64,000 nt of DNA from Chloroflexota bacterium. GTDB taxonomy: Bacteria; Chloroflexota; Dehalococcoidia; Lucifugimonadales; UBA3495. The translations under genes were made by a program, and so were the position numbers. The stretch is from NCBI GenBank assembly GCA_022573285.1, contig JACZUF010000008.1, positions 9,962 to 73,961 on the forward strand, read 5' to 3'. Below the pieces are notes generated by a model that did not search any database, was not told the DNA's origin, and saw only the letters and a list, made by a program, of their open reading frames with translations. Below, one piece after another: positions 63,540 to 64,000 of this stretch (position 1 is its first letter; each line of letters opens with the position of its first letter).

Positions 63540-64000
63540 ATGCACGAGAGCGCGGTCGAAAATTTGCTTATCAACGATTGGGCGTCGGGGCTGCGTATCA
63601 CCACCGTTCCTCAAGCCATGCACCGGCTCGGTTTGGCCGATGACTTGGAGGTCCGGTGGGAAATGGCAAACCGCATGGACGCGCTGTGGCACAGCACGTT
63701 GGAAACCGCGGAAAAGATACAGGCAGTCAATTCGGCCATTGGGATCATGACCGATGAGGAGCGCGCAGACCTTGCGCAACATTGGCGCGATCAAGTTGCC
63801 ACCTGGGACCGGGCGACCATACTGCTAACCGACAGCGAGAAGCTGATGGCACGGCAGATATTATGGTGCCGACAAAGCGGTTTACTTCGGTCATCGCCTG
63901 AAGACATCGAGGCTGCGGTGAACATCGGACCCGAAGAAACGGCCAACGGGATCCGAATGTTGACCTGGCTCGGCTTCTTGGCTCTTCCCGATGGCCAACC
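63540..64000 (+). CDS. Hypothetical protein (5' part; runs off the window end)
   Basis: GGAG plus ATG 63540: MHESAVENLLINDWASGLRITTVPQAMHRLGLADDLEVRWEMANRMDALWH.... By my own translation the frame is open to position 64000. No family recognised. Confidence 0.5.
   Translation, partial: MHESAVENLLINDWASGLRITTVPQAMHRLGLADDLEVRWEMANRMDALWHSTLETAEKIQAVNSAIGIMTDEERADLAQHWRDQVATWDRATILLTDSEKLMARQILWCRQSGLLRSSPEDIEAAVNIGPEETANGIRMLTWLGFLALPDGQ

Overview
Limits: everything here comes from reading the sequence and the ORF track by eye. Family calls rest on remembered motifs, not searches. G+C statements are visual impressions, not computed values.

Overall: this is a gene-dense, visibly high-G+C chromosomal segment with about 55 protein-coding genes on both strands. 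I found no rRNA, tRNA or CRISPR array.

Core content is metabolic:
- a dissimilatory-type sulfur module: sat, an intrinsic terminator, aprB, aprA, then an MBL-fold protein with two rhodanese domains
- an orphan xanthine-dehydrogenase-family Mo subunit, translationally coupled to a MoaD/ThiS-like beta-grasp protein
- a fused hydantoinase A/B (oxoprolinase family)
- four GMC oxidoreductases, one truncated by the window edge
- three luciferase-like (LLM) flavin oxidoreductases
- an amidase with a small GatC/AtzG-like partner
- a phosphotriesterase-family protein, OtsA, a membrane pyrophosphatase, and a trpA / aroH / DAHP synthase cluster
- a DUF1800/DUF1501 pair followed by two tandem NHL-repeat proteins

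The gene content and several REP-like palindromic repeat families suggest a marine Chloroflexota (SAR202-like) genome. That is inference only.

Observations most worth follow-up:
1. A glutaredoxin-like/DinB fusion gene. Its true start appears to lie upstream of an in-frame TGA that sits exactly at the first Cys of the CxxC motif (UxxC). It has a strong RBS and a SECIS-like hairpin, so it is a candidate selenoprotein.
2. A visibly A+T-richer two-gene island. It encodes a cohesin-cohesin-dockerin protein and a membrane-anchored cohesin protein, a possible self-assembling surface scaffold.
3. A flavin-dependent halogenase (WxWxIP) with a C-terminal PqqD/RRE-like extension.
4. A single-gene A+T-rich insertion encoding an HNH nuclease with a possible modified-base-reader domain. 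It sits next to an SDR gene broken by a frameshift and by a precise 44-nt palindromic insertion.
5. Two tandem hemerythrin-like paralogs that are both interrupted, one by a TAG at a conserved Trp and one by a 1-nt frameshift.
6. A merB plus GDCCVxC gene pair with no merA or merR in view.
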